A stretch of 64,000 bases of DNA, taken from Naegleria gruberi (Eukaryota). The notes under the pieces were generated by a model, which saw only the letters and a list, made by a program, of their open reading frames with translations, was not told the origin of the DNA and did no database searches. Where the stretch lies: NCBI GenBank assembly GCA_000004985.1, contig GG738846.1. One strand, written 5' to 3'. The translations under genes were made by a program, and so were the position numbers. Shown piece by piece: positions 35,275-45,350 of this stretch; the first letter of the stretch is position 1, and each line of letters begins with the position of its first letter.

Positions 35275-38200
35275 TTATTCCAAAACCAAACTAATTCCTC
35301 TTTCAGAACAAACTTTGTGTAAACTATCAATTTCTTTCCATCCAATGAGAACCAATTTCTTTAAGGAAGGTGTGTTGTTCTTATTCTTCAACCAATCTAT
35401 CAAAACATTAACGCCAATAGATTGAGGAGATCCACTCAATGTCAAACACTTGATCTTTTTGTTATTTCTCAAATTCTGAATAATTAATGAAAATTCTATC
35501 GAGTCAATAAATTGGTCACATCCTGTGAAATTCAAACTGGCTGGTGTCTTTTTGATTGCTTTCAAAAAGTCTTCCTTTTGATCATCTTCAATAATATATG
35601 AACCAGCTTGTTTGAAATATTGTATCAATTCAAATGTTTCATCAGTTGTAATAACTCCCAAATCATCAATAAGATCTTCGAAAATATCAGATGCAGAATA
35701 TAATAATTCATTATCTGCTGCTGACAATCTTGGAGTAACAAATGTTGAGTTTGGAGGAGAGTTCACTTTTGGTGTGGTTGGACTTCTTGGAGGACCTGTG
35801 CTGCTAATAAATGATCTTCTGTGTCTTCTAGGAGAGCTTGTATTTGCACTATTGAAAACTGTATCTGCTACCTTATTTGTAAAGTTATTTGGATCAAAGT
35901 GGAATCTTGAGCTTCTTGGAGTTGGAGATAATAATCTGGCTGACATTGGTGGCTCATCATTATTTCCTCTTCTCGAAAGAGCAGAGAAGAAGATTTCCTT
36001 AGTAATGGTAGGGACTGATTCATTGTGATTTTTCTTCACATCTTGAGTATTGATGGTGGAAGGAATTTCCACTTCCTTGTTCATTTGTTGTTGAGGAGTA
36101 TTTGGATTTGAATTGACAATTGCTGCACGAAGTTTTGAATCTGAAAGTTTAAAGTTATTGATTGGACTTGGATGTTGATACATTCTTTCAACACTGGTTG
36201 GAGTTGATGGACTGCTGTATCCTTCTGATTTGTCAATCATGGCAATCTTTTCCTTAAATCTATTCAGTTCATCCTTATTGTTTCCTGAGGCTGATAGTGG
36301 TGTGGCAACAGTAGTTGTGTTTTCACCAGTAGAGAATTTGAGTTTTCCATTCTTTTCCAACTCTTCAAAGAAGAGTTTTAACATGGCATAGAGTGATTTG
36401 GTGTTTCCCTTTTCAATTTCATCGTGAATATAGGAAAATCTTTGGGTATTCTTTGCAATTTTGTGAACAGCTTGAATAAAAGCTTGATGGTTATCATTCT
36501 TTTGGAATTTGTTTGGATTATTCTTATATTTGATAACCTTTCCATAGTATTTCTCCACAATCATGCAAAGTACAGTTCCGTCATCTATAATTTTGTGCAA
36601 TGAATGGCCTTCATCAGGTCTATCTGTAATTTGAAGAATAGTTTCCTTGAAATACTTTTCTTCATCCTCTTCTAACATCTTTTGAGAACTTGTAGCTTTT
36701 TGATAGTAGTGTGTTCTACTAGACATCATTCCTTCAATATTTGCTTGCCTATCTGTAATGGATCCGTCAGAATTTTCTGAAGGAGTACTTGGTGGAATAA
36801 TTGGAGCCTTAGAGAAGGACATGCTTCCAAAGCTTTTTGTTCTGGCACTCAACATTGGTCGAGATGGAGATTCCAATGGAAGGAAGATTGAGTGTGATTG
36901 AAGTTTTTTCAAGGATTGAGTTCTAATTTCAGGCTGGGCTGCACATTTAACAGAAAACTCAAAAAGTAGTGCCAAATTACTGACAATACAGTTTCTTTCC
37001 TTTACAGAGCTATGTTCTGGTTCAGTTGATGCCTTTAGTAGATAGTCATGTTCAAATACAGTTGAGATACCAACATTTTTACAGAAATTGGTGTAAAGAG
37101 AAACATTTCCAATAGCAGCTTGGTTATTTGTCATACCTTCAACATATTTCTTACATGGTTCAATCTCAGGGAACAAAGTATTAGCATATTTGCACAAAAT
37201 TACTCCGTCCAATAAATTCTTGAAAAGTGAAATAGATGTGTCATATTCATTTCCAGCTAATTTCAGAAGCCATTTTGAAAGAGCTTTCTCTGCGTATTCA
37301 AGTTCTTGACTGCGGAAATCTTCCTTACTTTCAGCATTGAGCTTCTTTCCTGTTCTTAATAAACTAAAAATCGATTTTCCTCTCATCTTTTCATAAGTTT
37401 CTTCGCTAAACTCAAAGCCAGCTTCTTCCATCAACTTCATAAACTTCCAAGTTGGATCATGTTCCTTTGGTGGCAATTCTTTCTTTGGGGTTTTTGGAGT
37501 TTGTGGAGGTTCTTCAGTCTTGACAGGTGGTGGTTTGACTTTTAATAGAGCTAACTTTTTAGTCAATTCTTCTACTCTTCTCAAATGGGAGTTCATCTTT
37601 CCTTCATAGATATTTCCAAGTGATGTACTCATTTCATTCAATTTCTCTATTACTAGATTTTCAGTGTTAGACTGGAATGTAGAAACAAAAGTATTGAAAA
37701 ATGAGTAATCGAGAGGGAAAAGTTCTTTCAACTCAATGTACTTTTTCTTTACATCACTTAATTGAGAATGAACATTTTGGATAGACTTGGTAAGATCTAG
37801 GATTTTTTGCTGGTATTCCTTGGTGATTTCTTCTTTCTCATTTTGAAGTGTTTGATTAGAAGTTTGGAGAGCTTCAATATCTTGCTTTAGTTTCAGCTCT
37901 CGTGTTTTCAAATTTTTGATCTCATTATCGAGCTGGTTGTTATCTGAATCTATGCGATTTTTAAGTTGTTCAACCTCTTCATTCTTGGCACTCAGTTCAT
38001 TTTCAAGTTTTTCGTTGGTGGACTTTTCTTTTTCTAAGGCAGAGCTAGTTTGATCAACCAGTTTTTCAGCTTCTGCAAATTTCTGCTTTAAGTCTTTGAT
38101 AGATAGATCAAGTTTGTGTGATTTTTCTTCTTGTCTATTTTTTTCTTCTTTCACTAGATCGAGTTGCTCCTTGTATGAGTTTTCTATATTCTTGGCTTGT

Positions 38201-41200
38201 TCGACTAATAGCTGATTTGTTTTGTTAAGAGCATCGATTTCAGTTTGCTTTGAGTCGTTTTCACGTTTCATTTGCTGAATATTGGACTCGAGATTTCTTT
38301 GAGTTTCCTGAGATTCTCTAGCTAATGATTCATAAGCGGTCTTTTGTTGCTGTTGTTTATCCTCTACGTCTTGGAGTTGAATGTTCAATTCTTCAAGTTG
38401 TGTTTTAGTCTGGGAAATGTGGTTGTCCATCTTTGCTTTTTCTTCTTCCATTATTGCTATCTTTTCTGCTTGTTGATTGGCTTTTTCTGATAGTGATTTG
38501 TTCTTTTCAGACAAGTCTTTAACCTCCCTTTCCTTAGATGAAATATCATCTTCAAGTTTGGACTTCTCCTTGTTGATTGTTTCCTTATCTTCTTCTAGTT
38601 CTTTAACACGCTTGTTTCTCTTTGTTAAGTCTTCTGATAATTGTTGGAGTTCTTCAGTTGCATTCTTAAAGTCTTTGGACAATTTGTTACTTTCTTGTTC
38701 TAATTTTTCAATTTCAGATTCTTTTGAATTCAATTTCTCCTTGAAACTGTCTTTGGCTTGATCCAAGAGCTCTGATAGCTCTTTTTCTTTAGAGGAAGCT
38801 TTTTGAAGGGAGGCTTGTAACTCTTCTTCTCTTTCTTTAAGATTCTTAATTTCCTTTTCTAGACTCTTGTTGACAGTTTCAAACTTTTCAATATCAGCTT
38901 GGAGCAATACTTGTGTTTGCTTTGTTTCTGAAACAGTATTATTGAGTCTAATCTTTTCTTCTTCAATAAGGTTCTTCAAGGATTCATTTTCTTTTTCAAG
39001 CTTTTCAATCTTTTCCTTCAAACCAGACTCTAAATTGTGACAGTTTGTTTCACAATCGTTTAGCTTTCCATTTTTAACAGAGAGTTCATGCTTCAATTGT
39101 TGAATTTCCTCTTCTAACTTGGTAACATTGAGAGTAGAATTTTGAAGGTTATTGGTTAAGGATCTTTCTTTTTCTTTCAATTTCTCTAATTGTTCTAGAA
39201 GATCAGCAATCTTTTCCTCTGCGCCTTTCTTTTCCTTCCTCAAATTTTGAATAGTATTCTCATGTTCTTCAATTTTATGTTCCATATTTTCTTGTAGCGC
39301 TTTCTTTTCTGATTTAAGGTTGGTTATATCATTCGAAAGTTGTGAAATTTCTTCAGAAAGTTCTTCCTTGTTCTTTTTGATTTGTTGAACTGATTTGTTA
39401 AGGGTTTCTATTTCTATTTCTGCTAATTTCTGATTAGATTTGAACTCTGCCAATTGGTTGTGCAAATTATCTAATTCCTTGCTCTTCTTTTCTAGTTTTT
39501 CTGTTTCATCAGCAAGTAATTTTTCCTTTGTCAGTAGAGTATTTTGTAATTTTTCGTTTTCATGTTTCAATTGGGTATTGTTTTCAGCAACTTCTTGCTC
39601 CTTTTCTTTGCTGAATCCCAAATTTTCTTCTAAATTTTTGTGGGTGCGTCTTTCATTTTCGAGATTGTTCTGGATTTCAACAAGCTTGAGCTCAGTTTCT
39701 TGTAATTTTTGATTTTCAGATATGATCTCATCTTGATGCTTCTTTTGCATATTTGCCATGCCAACTTCCATATCTTGTAGTTGGTTTTGAACTTTCTTCA
39801 TCTCTCTTTCCTTAGACGAAATATCATCTTCAAGTTTGGACTTTTCCTTGTTGATTGTTTCCTTATCTTCTTCTAGTTCTTTAACACGCTTGTTTCTCTT
39901 TGTTAAGTCTTCTGATAATTGTTGGAGTTCTTCAGTTGCATTCTTAAAATCTTTGGACAACTTGTTATTTTCTTTTTCTAATTTTTCAATTTCAGATTCT
40001 TTTGAATTCAGCTTCTCCTTGTACTCTGTAACAACATTTAAGTTACCAGCCTCTGCTTTTTGTAATTCTGTTGAAAGTTTGGAAATTTCCCTTTCTAATT
40101 CTGCTACCTTTTGGCTATTAATTGCATGTTTGCTTTCCTCTTCCTTCAATTTATGTTCATACTGTTTACTTAGTTGATCCAATCTCAAAGAATCATTCTT
40201 TGTCTCCATTAATGCCGATTCTTGTTCAAATTTGTCTTGTTTAAGCTGCTTGATATCTTGTTGAAGTTTGGAAATGGTTTTCTCTAGTTCTTCAATATTC
40301 AGTTTATGTTCTCCTAGCTCCAAATCTTTTTCTGATAATTTTTTAGCTGACAATTTGCCCTTTTCTGTCAAGTCTTGTAAATTCTGTTCTAACAGGGTCT
40401 TGGCAGATTCTAACTCGAAAATCTTTTTTCTTTGTTCAGTCGATATTTTATCACAGTCGGTCTCAAGTTCATTAATTTCTTTTAACTTGTTTTTCAACTT
40501 CTCTCTTGAAGATTCCAACTCATCTTCCAATTGATTCTTTCCTTGCTCAAGTGAATGAATTTGTTTCTTCAAATCGTGTTCGTTTTGAGATTGTTCTTTT
40601 TCTAAAGTTTTCATTTTTTGCATCAATTCATCAACCTCTTGTTGTTTTGCAAGCTTCAATTCATCTAGTTGTTTCTTGAGAAGAATACAATTTTCACAAT
40701 TTGCCTTTTCTGCCAATTTGAGTGTTATATCCTCTATTTCTTTTGTTAATTGTTTGACTTGGTCTTTTAGATTGTTATTTTCGTGTTGTGAATCAGTGTG
40801 TTCAAAATTCTTGAGTTGTGAAATGTAGTTTCCAATTTGAATTTGATAGTCATTTTCGAGTTCTTCAAGCTTTTTCTTTGTTTCTCTCTTTTGGTCATCA
40901 ATCTTGGACATTAATTTGTTCTCAGATTCTTTTAGGTCTGAATTTTCCTTGACAAGATGGTCTAATTTATCTTGTAGCTTCTTCTTTTCGTGATCAACCT
41001 CTTCCTTCAAGTCTGACAACTTGTGTTCAGATGTGATAATCCTAGCACTTAGTTGTTGAATCTCATTATTCTTCTTTCTAATTTCCTCTATGTGAGCTGT
41101 GTCCTTTGCACTGGTCAAGTCTGAGAATTTTGAAATTTCATCTTCCAGATTCTTAATTCTCTTTTCTCTTTCTTGTACAGTGTGTTCCAGTTTCTTTCTA

Positions 41201-44200
41201 GTATCTGCAGTGTCCTGTTGTAACTTGGCTAACTCTTCTTGAGTTTGCTCAACTTGCTTTTTGTAAATGATTAACAAACTCAACTTCTGTTCCATAACAA
41301 GTTTGTTCTCCTTTTCTGATTCCAAGTCAAGCTTTGCTTGGAACAACTCTTTTTCTATCTGCCTGTTCTTTTGTTGTAAATCCTGGAACAAGTTAACATT
41401 AGACTTAGCATCCTCTGTTAGATGGCTATTGGATGATTTGAGAATTTGAATGTTATGATCCAACAAGTTCTTTTCCATCTCCATTTTAGAAGCTTTGGAT
41501 TCCAACTCCAACATGCTAGAATTCATATTCTCTATGGTCTTCTTCAAAGAATTGATAATTGTGTCCTTAGACTGCACACTGTGTTCTGCTTGTTCAAGAG
41601 ATGCCTTTTGTTGATTCATCAATACATTTAAATTCTGTACCTTGATAGATAAGGTACTATCTGATGTTTTGAGATTGTTGAGCTCATCCTGTAACAGCTT
41701 GATTGTTGTTGATTTTTCAGAATTTGATAACTCTATCGTAGAAAGGTAGTGATTAGTCTCTTGTAATTTTAGCTTTAGCTTTTCCACTTCTTCTTTGTGT
41801 TGTTGAGATTGTTCATGGATGGAAGATTTAAGTTTACGCTTTTTCTCCTTAGAGATGGCTATTTGATTGTCCTTACTTTCTAGTTGGGACTTGAATTGTT
41901 GAAGTGTTGAATTGAGGCGTTCAGTTTCATTCAATAGCTTGTTTTCCTTTTTTCTTAATAAGTCTATTATCTCCGTAACCATATATCCTGTTTCTGATTC
42001 TTGAAGTACTGTGTCATCTGGAACCAGAGATTTTAGCTTTTTACAAACATCCTCAATTAGTTTGGATTGGTTATCGATATGTTTTGACTTTTCCTTAAGA
42101 ACCTCATTGAGTTTCTTGAAATCTTCTTCTTTTGTCAAACAAGTTTGATTCAACAAAATAATAGATTTTTCTTTTTCATCCAATTTCAACTCCATATTTT
42201 GCAATTGGCTCTTGAGAGAATTCAGATTTTCAGTTAGTTTCCTACTAGATTCCTTTTCTACTTCCAACTCTTTTTTGAGTTGAATGCCTTCTCTTTCTGC
42301 AGAGTGTGTTTTTTCCTTTTGTTTTTCAAGCTCATCTTGTATGGTTTGTTTGGACAAATCAGCTTGTTCTTTAAGCTTTTTGAGATCACTAATCTTGATA
42401 TCTTGACTCTGAATTGACTCTTTTGCGGAGCTCAACTCTCTTTCGAGGTTGCTTTGCAAAGTGAAAAGTTTAGATATCTCATCATCTTTGGATTTTAGTT
42501 TGAGACTAAAGGTTTCCTCTAGTTGTTGTTTTTCGTTTTGGTAAGCATTTTTGTCTTGTTTGAGTTGTTGCTTTAGTTCATCTATTAATGCATCAGAAAT
42601 GGAAATCTTACTTTGAAGAGATTCAATGGATTGCTTGTCGGAGAGAATAGAGCGATTCAATTTTAATAGCTCATCGTTGTGCTTACTTTCAAGAGACCTC
42701 TTTTGTTCATCCAAATTTTCAACTTGGTCCTTCAAGGTCTTAATCTTATCTTTCTTTGTTTTGATAGTATTTTTCAATTCATCCACTTTACATTTCAGTG
42801 CTTCAATTTGTTCTTGCAAAGATGTAGATTTTTCCTCACAATTAGTAAGTTTTTCACTCAAAGACTGGTTAATTGAGAATTTGGATGCATTCAAATCACT
42901 GATATCCTTATTTTGCTTTTCTTTTTCAGCTAACTCTTTGATGAATTTTTGAGAGAGTGATTCATTTTGTTTCTCACTTTGCTCCAATTTTTGATTTAAA
43001 TGGTTGATCAAGTTATCCTTCTTGAATAAATCATCTAACAAACAATTATTGCTCTCTTTGAGTTTGTCCAGTTTGGATTGTAAATCTAAAATTTTTTCAT
43101 CTAGGTTATTCTTAGCCGTTTTAAGAGATTCGTTTTCTTTTTTTTCATTTCCAAGTGCAATGTTGGATGAGGTTAATAGTCTCTCCACTTCAATTTTGGC
43201 AAGATCAGATTGTGAGAGTTTGATTGATAGATCCTTTGTTTGTTTTTTCAAATCCTCTACTTGCTCCAGTAGTTGTTCTATTTCTTTCTTATCAACAGTA
43301 TTGCATTTTAGAGCCTTGGCAAGCTCTATTTCCAGCTCATTAATTTTTTTAGAAAACTCCCGTATTTCTGCTTCATACTTCTGCACTTGTTGTCTGGAGT
43401 TGGTTAAAACAGCCTCTATTTTCTCTTTTTCTTCCTGAATTTGCTCCTTTTCAGATTCAGATTCTCGCAACTCTTTTTCTAATCTTTCCAAATCAGAGTT
43501 CAAAGAAATATTTATCTTTTTCTTCAAACTGGTGTTAGCTTCTTCGAGTTCGTTATTTTTGTTGGTGAGATCTGAAATTTTCCTTTCATTCTCTTCAATA
43601 GTGTTTTTCAAATTTTGATTAACACGATCCAGTTTGCTTTTTTCTGACTTGCTAGTTTCTAGTTCTTCTATGATGTTTGACAGTTTAGACTCGACATTTC
43701 TTTTCATATCTGTTGATGCAGAGACTTCAATCGTAGAATTTTGAAGATCAATCTTCAGATTAGTATTTTCTTGTAAAACTTGCGTATATTTGTGTTGCCA
43801 GTCTCTTGCATTTATACTGGCCTCTTCGAGATCTCCAGATATTCTCTTATTTTCCTTACTTTTTTCATACAATTCTGAATTTAACTTTTCAATATCTGAA
43901 AAATGTTGAATTAATAGAGTGTGCTTTTCTTTCAGCTCCTTTGTAAGCTCGTTGATTTTAGTTTCTTTCGAAAATAATTCCTCTGAATGATCTTTGTCTA
44001 ACTTGTGAAAATCTTGTTGTTTTTTCTCCAACAATTCCTTTAGTTTTGTAATCTCTTGATCTCTTTCATGTAAATAAATTAATTGTCTTTCCAACTCCAT
44101 AGCTTTTTCCTTCAGCTTCCAAGAAACCTCTTCAAATTTCAAATGATTTTCCCTAGATGCTTGTAAAATTAGTACCATTTGTTGTGTGAAATAATCATAG

Positions 44201-44661
44201 AGACCTTTCACCAACTCAGAATAGTCTTTTTTCAATTTTTCAAACTTGTTTCTCAACTTGACAATATTCCTTGCCAATTCTTCAATAATTTCCCAAAGAG
44301 ATGTCTGATACCCGAAACGAACATTTTCCATCAATTCATTCAATTGTTGAACACAAACTTCCTGCTCCCCTAGAGATTGCAACAATATTTCTTTAATTCT
44401 CTTATCCCTCTCCACAGTAGCAATCAGTTTATTCTCAAACTCCTCATGAATATCACTAATCTTATCATCAATTATTTTCTTCTGAATGAAAAGATCGGCC
44501 ACTGATACCGAACCATCATCAGATGGAGCAACAATACTCGATGTATCATCTATTATTATACTCCTACGTTTAAAATTTGATGCAGATGATGAGGGTGATA
44601 ACGAAGCTCCTCTCATTAGAAATTCATCATCACTCTCCTGAATTCGGAAAGCATCCATCAT
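35275..44661 (-). CDS. Giant protein of about 3129 aa. It has a roughly 2400-aa N-terminal coiled coil, two calponin-homology-like domains and a C-terminal LRR-like region.
   Basis: Single uninterrupted ORF. The first ATG is at 44661 (the ORF track starts at a TTG at 44703). The heptad-rich E/K/L sequence runs throughout. A CH-like stretch reads …WLLKLAGNEYDTSISLFKNLLDGVILCKYANTLFPE…NVSLYTNFCKNVGI…, and a second one reads …LHKIIDDGTVLCMIVEKYYG…AFIQAVHKIAKN… The C-terminus …IKCLTLSGSPQSIGVNVLIDWLKNKNNTPSLKKLVLIGW… is LRR-like. Confidence 0.65.
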   Translation of the reverse strand: MMDAFRIQESDDEFLMRGASLSPSSSASNFKRRSIIIDDTSSIVAPSDDGSVSVADLFIQKKIIDDKISDIHEEFENKLIATVERDKRIKEILLQSLGEQEVCVQQLNELMENVRFGYQTSLWEIIEELARNIVKLRNKFEKLKKDYSELVKGLYDYFTQQMVLILQASRENHLKFEEVSWKLKEKAMELERQLIYLHERDQEITKLKELLEKKQQDFHKLDKDHSEELFSKETKINELTKELKEKHTLLIQHFSDIEKLNSELYEKSKENKRISGDLEEASINARDWQHKYTQVLQENTNLKIDLQNSTIEVSASTDMKRNVESKLSNIIEELETSKSEKSKLDRVNQNLKNTIEENERKISDLTNKNNELEEANTSLKKKINISLNSDLERLEKELRESESEKEQIQEEKEKIEAVLTNSRQQVQKYEAEIREFSKKINELEIELAKALKCNTVDKKEIEQLLEQVEDLKKQTKDLSIKLSQSDLAKIEVERLLTSSNIALGNEKKENESLKTAKNNLDEKILDLQSKLDKLKESNNCLLDDLFKKDNLINHLNQKLEQSEKQNESLSQKFIKELAEKEKQNKDISDLNASKFSINQSLSEKLTNCEEKSTSLQEQIEALKCKVDELKNTIKTKKDKIKTLKDQVENLDEQKRSLESKHNDELLKLNRSILSDKQSIESLQSKISISDALIDELKQQLKQDKNAYQNEKQQLEETFSLKLKSKDDEISKLFTLQSNLERELSSAKESIQSQDIKISDLKKLKEQADLSKQTIQDELEKQKEKTHSAEREGIQLKKELEVEKESSRKLTENLNSLKSQLQNMELKLDEKEKSIILLNQTCLTKEEDFKKLNEVLKEKSKHIDNQSKLIEDVCKKLKSLVPDDTVLQESETGYMVTEIIDLLRKKENKLLNETERLNSTLQQFKSQLESKDNQIAISKEKKRKLKSSIHEQSQQHKEEVEKLKLKLQETNHYLSTIELSNSEKSTTIKLLQDELNNLKTSDSTLSIKVQNLNVLMNQQKASLEQAEHSVQSKDTIINSLKKTIENMNSSMLELESKASKMEMEKNLLDHNIQILKSSNSHLTEDAKSNVNLFQDLQQKNRQIEKELFQAKLDLESEKENKLVMEQKLSLLIIYKKQVEQTQEELAKLQQDTADTRKKLEHTVQEREKRIKNLEDEISKFSDLTSAKDTAHIEEIRKKNNEIQQLSARIITSEHKLSDLKEEVDHEKKKLQDKLDHLVKENSDLKESENKLMSKIDDQKRETKKKLEELENDYQIQIGNYISQLKNFEHTDSQHENNNLKDQVKQLTKEIEDITLKLAEKANCENCILLKKQLDELKLAKQQEVDELMQKMKTLEKEQSQNEHDLKKQIHSLEQGKNQLEDELESSREKLKNKLKEINELETDCDKISTEQRKKIFELESAKTLLEQNLQDLTEKGKLSAKKLSEKDLELGEHKLNIEELEKTISKLQQDIKQLKQDKFEQESALMETKNDSLRLDQLSKQYEHKLKEEESKHAINSQKVAELEREISKLSTELQKAEAGNLNVVTEYKEKLNSKESEIEKLEKENNKLSKDFKNATEELQQLSEDLTKRNKRVKELEEDKETINKEKSKLEDDISSKEREMKKVQNQLQDMEVGMANMQKKHQDEIISENQKLQETELKLVEIQNNLENERRTHKNLEENLGFSKEKEQEVAENNTQLKHENEKLQNTLLTKEKLLADETEKLEKKSKELDNLHNQLAEFKSNQKLAEIEIETLNKSVQQIKKNKEELSEEISQLSNDITNLKSEKKALQENMEHKIEEHENTIQNLRKEKKGAEEKIADLLEQLEKLKEKERSLTNNLQNSTLNVTKLEEEIQQLKHELSVKNGKLNDCETNCHNLESGLKEKIEKLEKENESLKNLIEEEKIRLNNTVSETKQTQVLLQADIEKFETVNKSLEKEIKNLKEREEELQASLQKASSKEKELSELLDQAKDSFKEKLNSKESEIEKLEQESNKLSKDFKNATEELQQLSEDLTKRNKRVKELEEDKETINKEKSKLEDDISSKEREVKDLSEKNKSLSEKANQQAEKIAIMEEEKAKMDNHISQTKTQLEELNIQLQDVEDKQQQQKTAYESLARESQETQRNLESNIQQMKRENDSKQTEIDALNKTNQLLVEQAKNIENSYKEQLDLVKEEKNRQEEKSHKLDLSIKDLKQKFAEAEKLVDQTSSALEKEKSTNEKLENELSAKNEEVEQLKNRIDSDNNQLDNEIKNLKTRELKLKQDIEALQTSNQTLQNEKEEITKEYQQKILDLTKSIQNVHSQLSDVKKKYIELKELFPLDYSFFNTFVSTFQSNTENLVIEKLNEMSTSLGNIYEGKMNSHLRRVEELTKKLALLKVKPPPVKTEEPPQTPKTPKKELPPKEHDPTWKFMKLMEEAGFEFSEETYEKMRGKSIFSLLRTGKKLNAESKEDFRSQELEYAEKALSKWLLKLAGNEYDTSISLFKNLLDGVILCKYANTLFPEIEPCKKYVEGMTNNQAAIGNVSLYTNFCKNVGISTVFEHDYLLKASTEPEHSSVKERNCIVSNLALLFEFSVKCAAQPEIRTQSLKKLQSHSIFLPLESPSRPMLSARTKSFGSMSFSKAPIIPPSTPSENSDGSITDRQANIEGMMSSRTHYYQKATSSQKMLEEDEEKYFKETILQITDRPDEGHSLHKIIDDGTVLCMIVEKYYGKVIKYKNNPNKFQKNDNHQAFIQAVHKIAKNTQRFSYIHDEIEKGNTKSLYAMLKLFFEELEKNGKLKFSTGENTTTVATPLSASGNNKDELNRFKEKIAMIDKSEGYSSPSTPTSVERMYQHPSPINNFKLSDSKLRAAIVNSNPNTPQQQMNKEVEIPSTINTQDVKKNHNESVPTITKEIFFSALSRRGNNDEPPMSARLLSPTPRSSRFHFDPNNFTNKVADTVFNSANTSSPRRHRRSFISSTGPPRSPTTPKVNSPPNSTFVTPRLSAADNELLYSASDIFEDLIDDLGVITTDETFELIQYFKQAGSYIIEDDQKEDFLKAIKKTPASLNFTGCDQFIDSIEFSLIIQNLRNNKKIKCLTLSGSPQSIGVNVLIDWLKNKNNTPSLKKLVLIGWKEIDSLHKVCSERGISLVLE
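38528..38756. repeat. Copy 1 of a near-identical 230-bp intragenic direct repeat (the partner lies at about 39798-40026)
   Basis: The DNA at 38528-38756 and at 39798-40026 is nearly identical on reading. It encodes …LNSKESEIEKLE(K/Q)E(N/S)NKLSKDFKNATEELQQLSEDLTKRNKRVKELEEDKETINKEKSKLEDDISSKERE… twice. The ORF track's antisense ORFs at 38477 and 39836 carry identical peptides, which confirms the duplication. Confidence 0.85.
39798..40026. repeat. Copy 2 of the near-identical 230-bp intragenic direct repeat
   Basis: See copy 1. The two copies lie about 1.27 kb apart inside the same coiled-coil CDS. Confidence 0.85.
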
Positions 44662-44683
44662 CTGAAGTGAAGATTCCGAATAT

Positions 44684-45118
44684 CTATTCGAACGAGCGTT
44701 CAACCTCTGTAAAGTAGGACTCGTCTTGTTGATTACTTTGCTGTACTACAGCAAGAGAAAACCTTCTATTAATTTCATTGGTATCATTATTATTATTTTG
44801 AGTTGGATTGTTTTTTTCTTCTTTTAAATTTTTGGCGCCAATATTTCCATCACCACTTTCACTGTTATTATTTAGATTCATACTACTCCTATTGGACTTT
44901 GATTTACTATTATTACTTGTACTATCATCTTTGGAATGTGAAGAAGGTGTTTGTTCCGTCTTCTGATTGTTGTTTTTTAGGATTTTAGAAATGATGAAGG
45001 AAACAATGACAAGTGCACTGGCAAGTGCCATTAGAAACCAAGTGTTAGTTTGGCCAACTACTACAGACTCATCATCAAACTCTGAGATATGAAATGTTTG
45101 TTGAGCATTCTGTGACAT
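44684..45118 (-). CDS. Small hypothetical membrane protein of 144 aa, with an N-terminal signal-anchor TM helix and an N/S/K-rich tail
   Basis: The ATG is at 45118. The TM helix is WFLMALASALVIVSFIISKIL. The stop lies only 22 nt upstream of the giant gene's ATG (see findings). Confidence 0.4.
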   Translation of the reverse strand: MSQNAQQTFHISEFDDESVVVGQTNTWFLMALASALVIVSFIISKILKNNNQKTEQTPSSHSKDDSTSNNSKSKSNRSSMNLNNNSESGDGNIGAKNLKEEKNNPTQNNNNDTNEINRRFSLAVVQQSNQQDESYFTEVERSFE

Positions 45119-45350
45119 TTTTTTTTAAACTTTTGATAGTGTGGGACAAGTGACAGAATTCGAATGAAGACGGTGTTTGCCTCTTTGCAGACATTCATCT
45201 AACATAAATGGAGTTGGCTCTTCATTGTGTTCAGTGGGATAGGTATCCAAGTTGTGAATTGTTTAATTATTAAGATAAATGTTTGAGAAATTTAATAATT
45301 TATTCTAAACAGCAATAATCTATTACTTATATGTACATTCGAATTTTCAT

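Noticed and set aside
38477-43438. Multiple S/L/F-rich + strand ORFs (88-144 aa) across the giant coiled-coil gene
   Set aside because: They are antisense translations of GAA/AAG-rich coiled-coil codons. Two of them are identical only because the underlying DNA is duplicated. They are useful as evidence for the repeat and not as genes.
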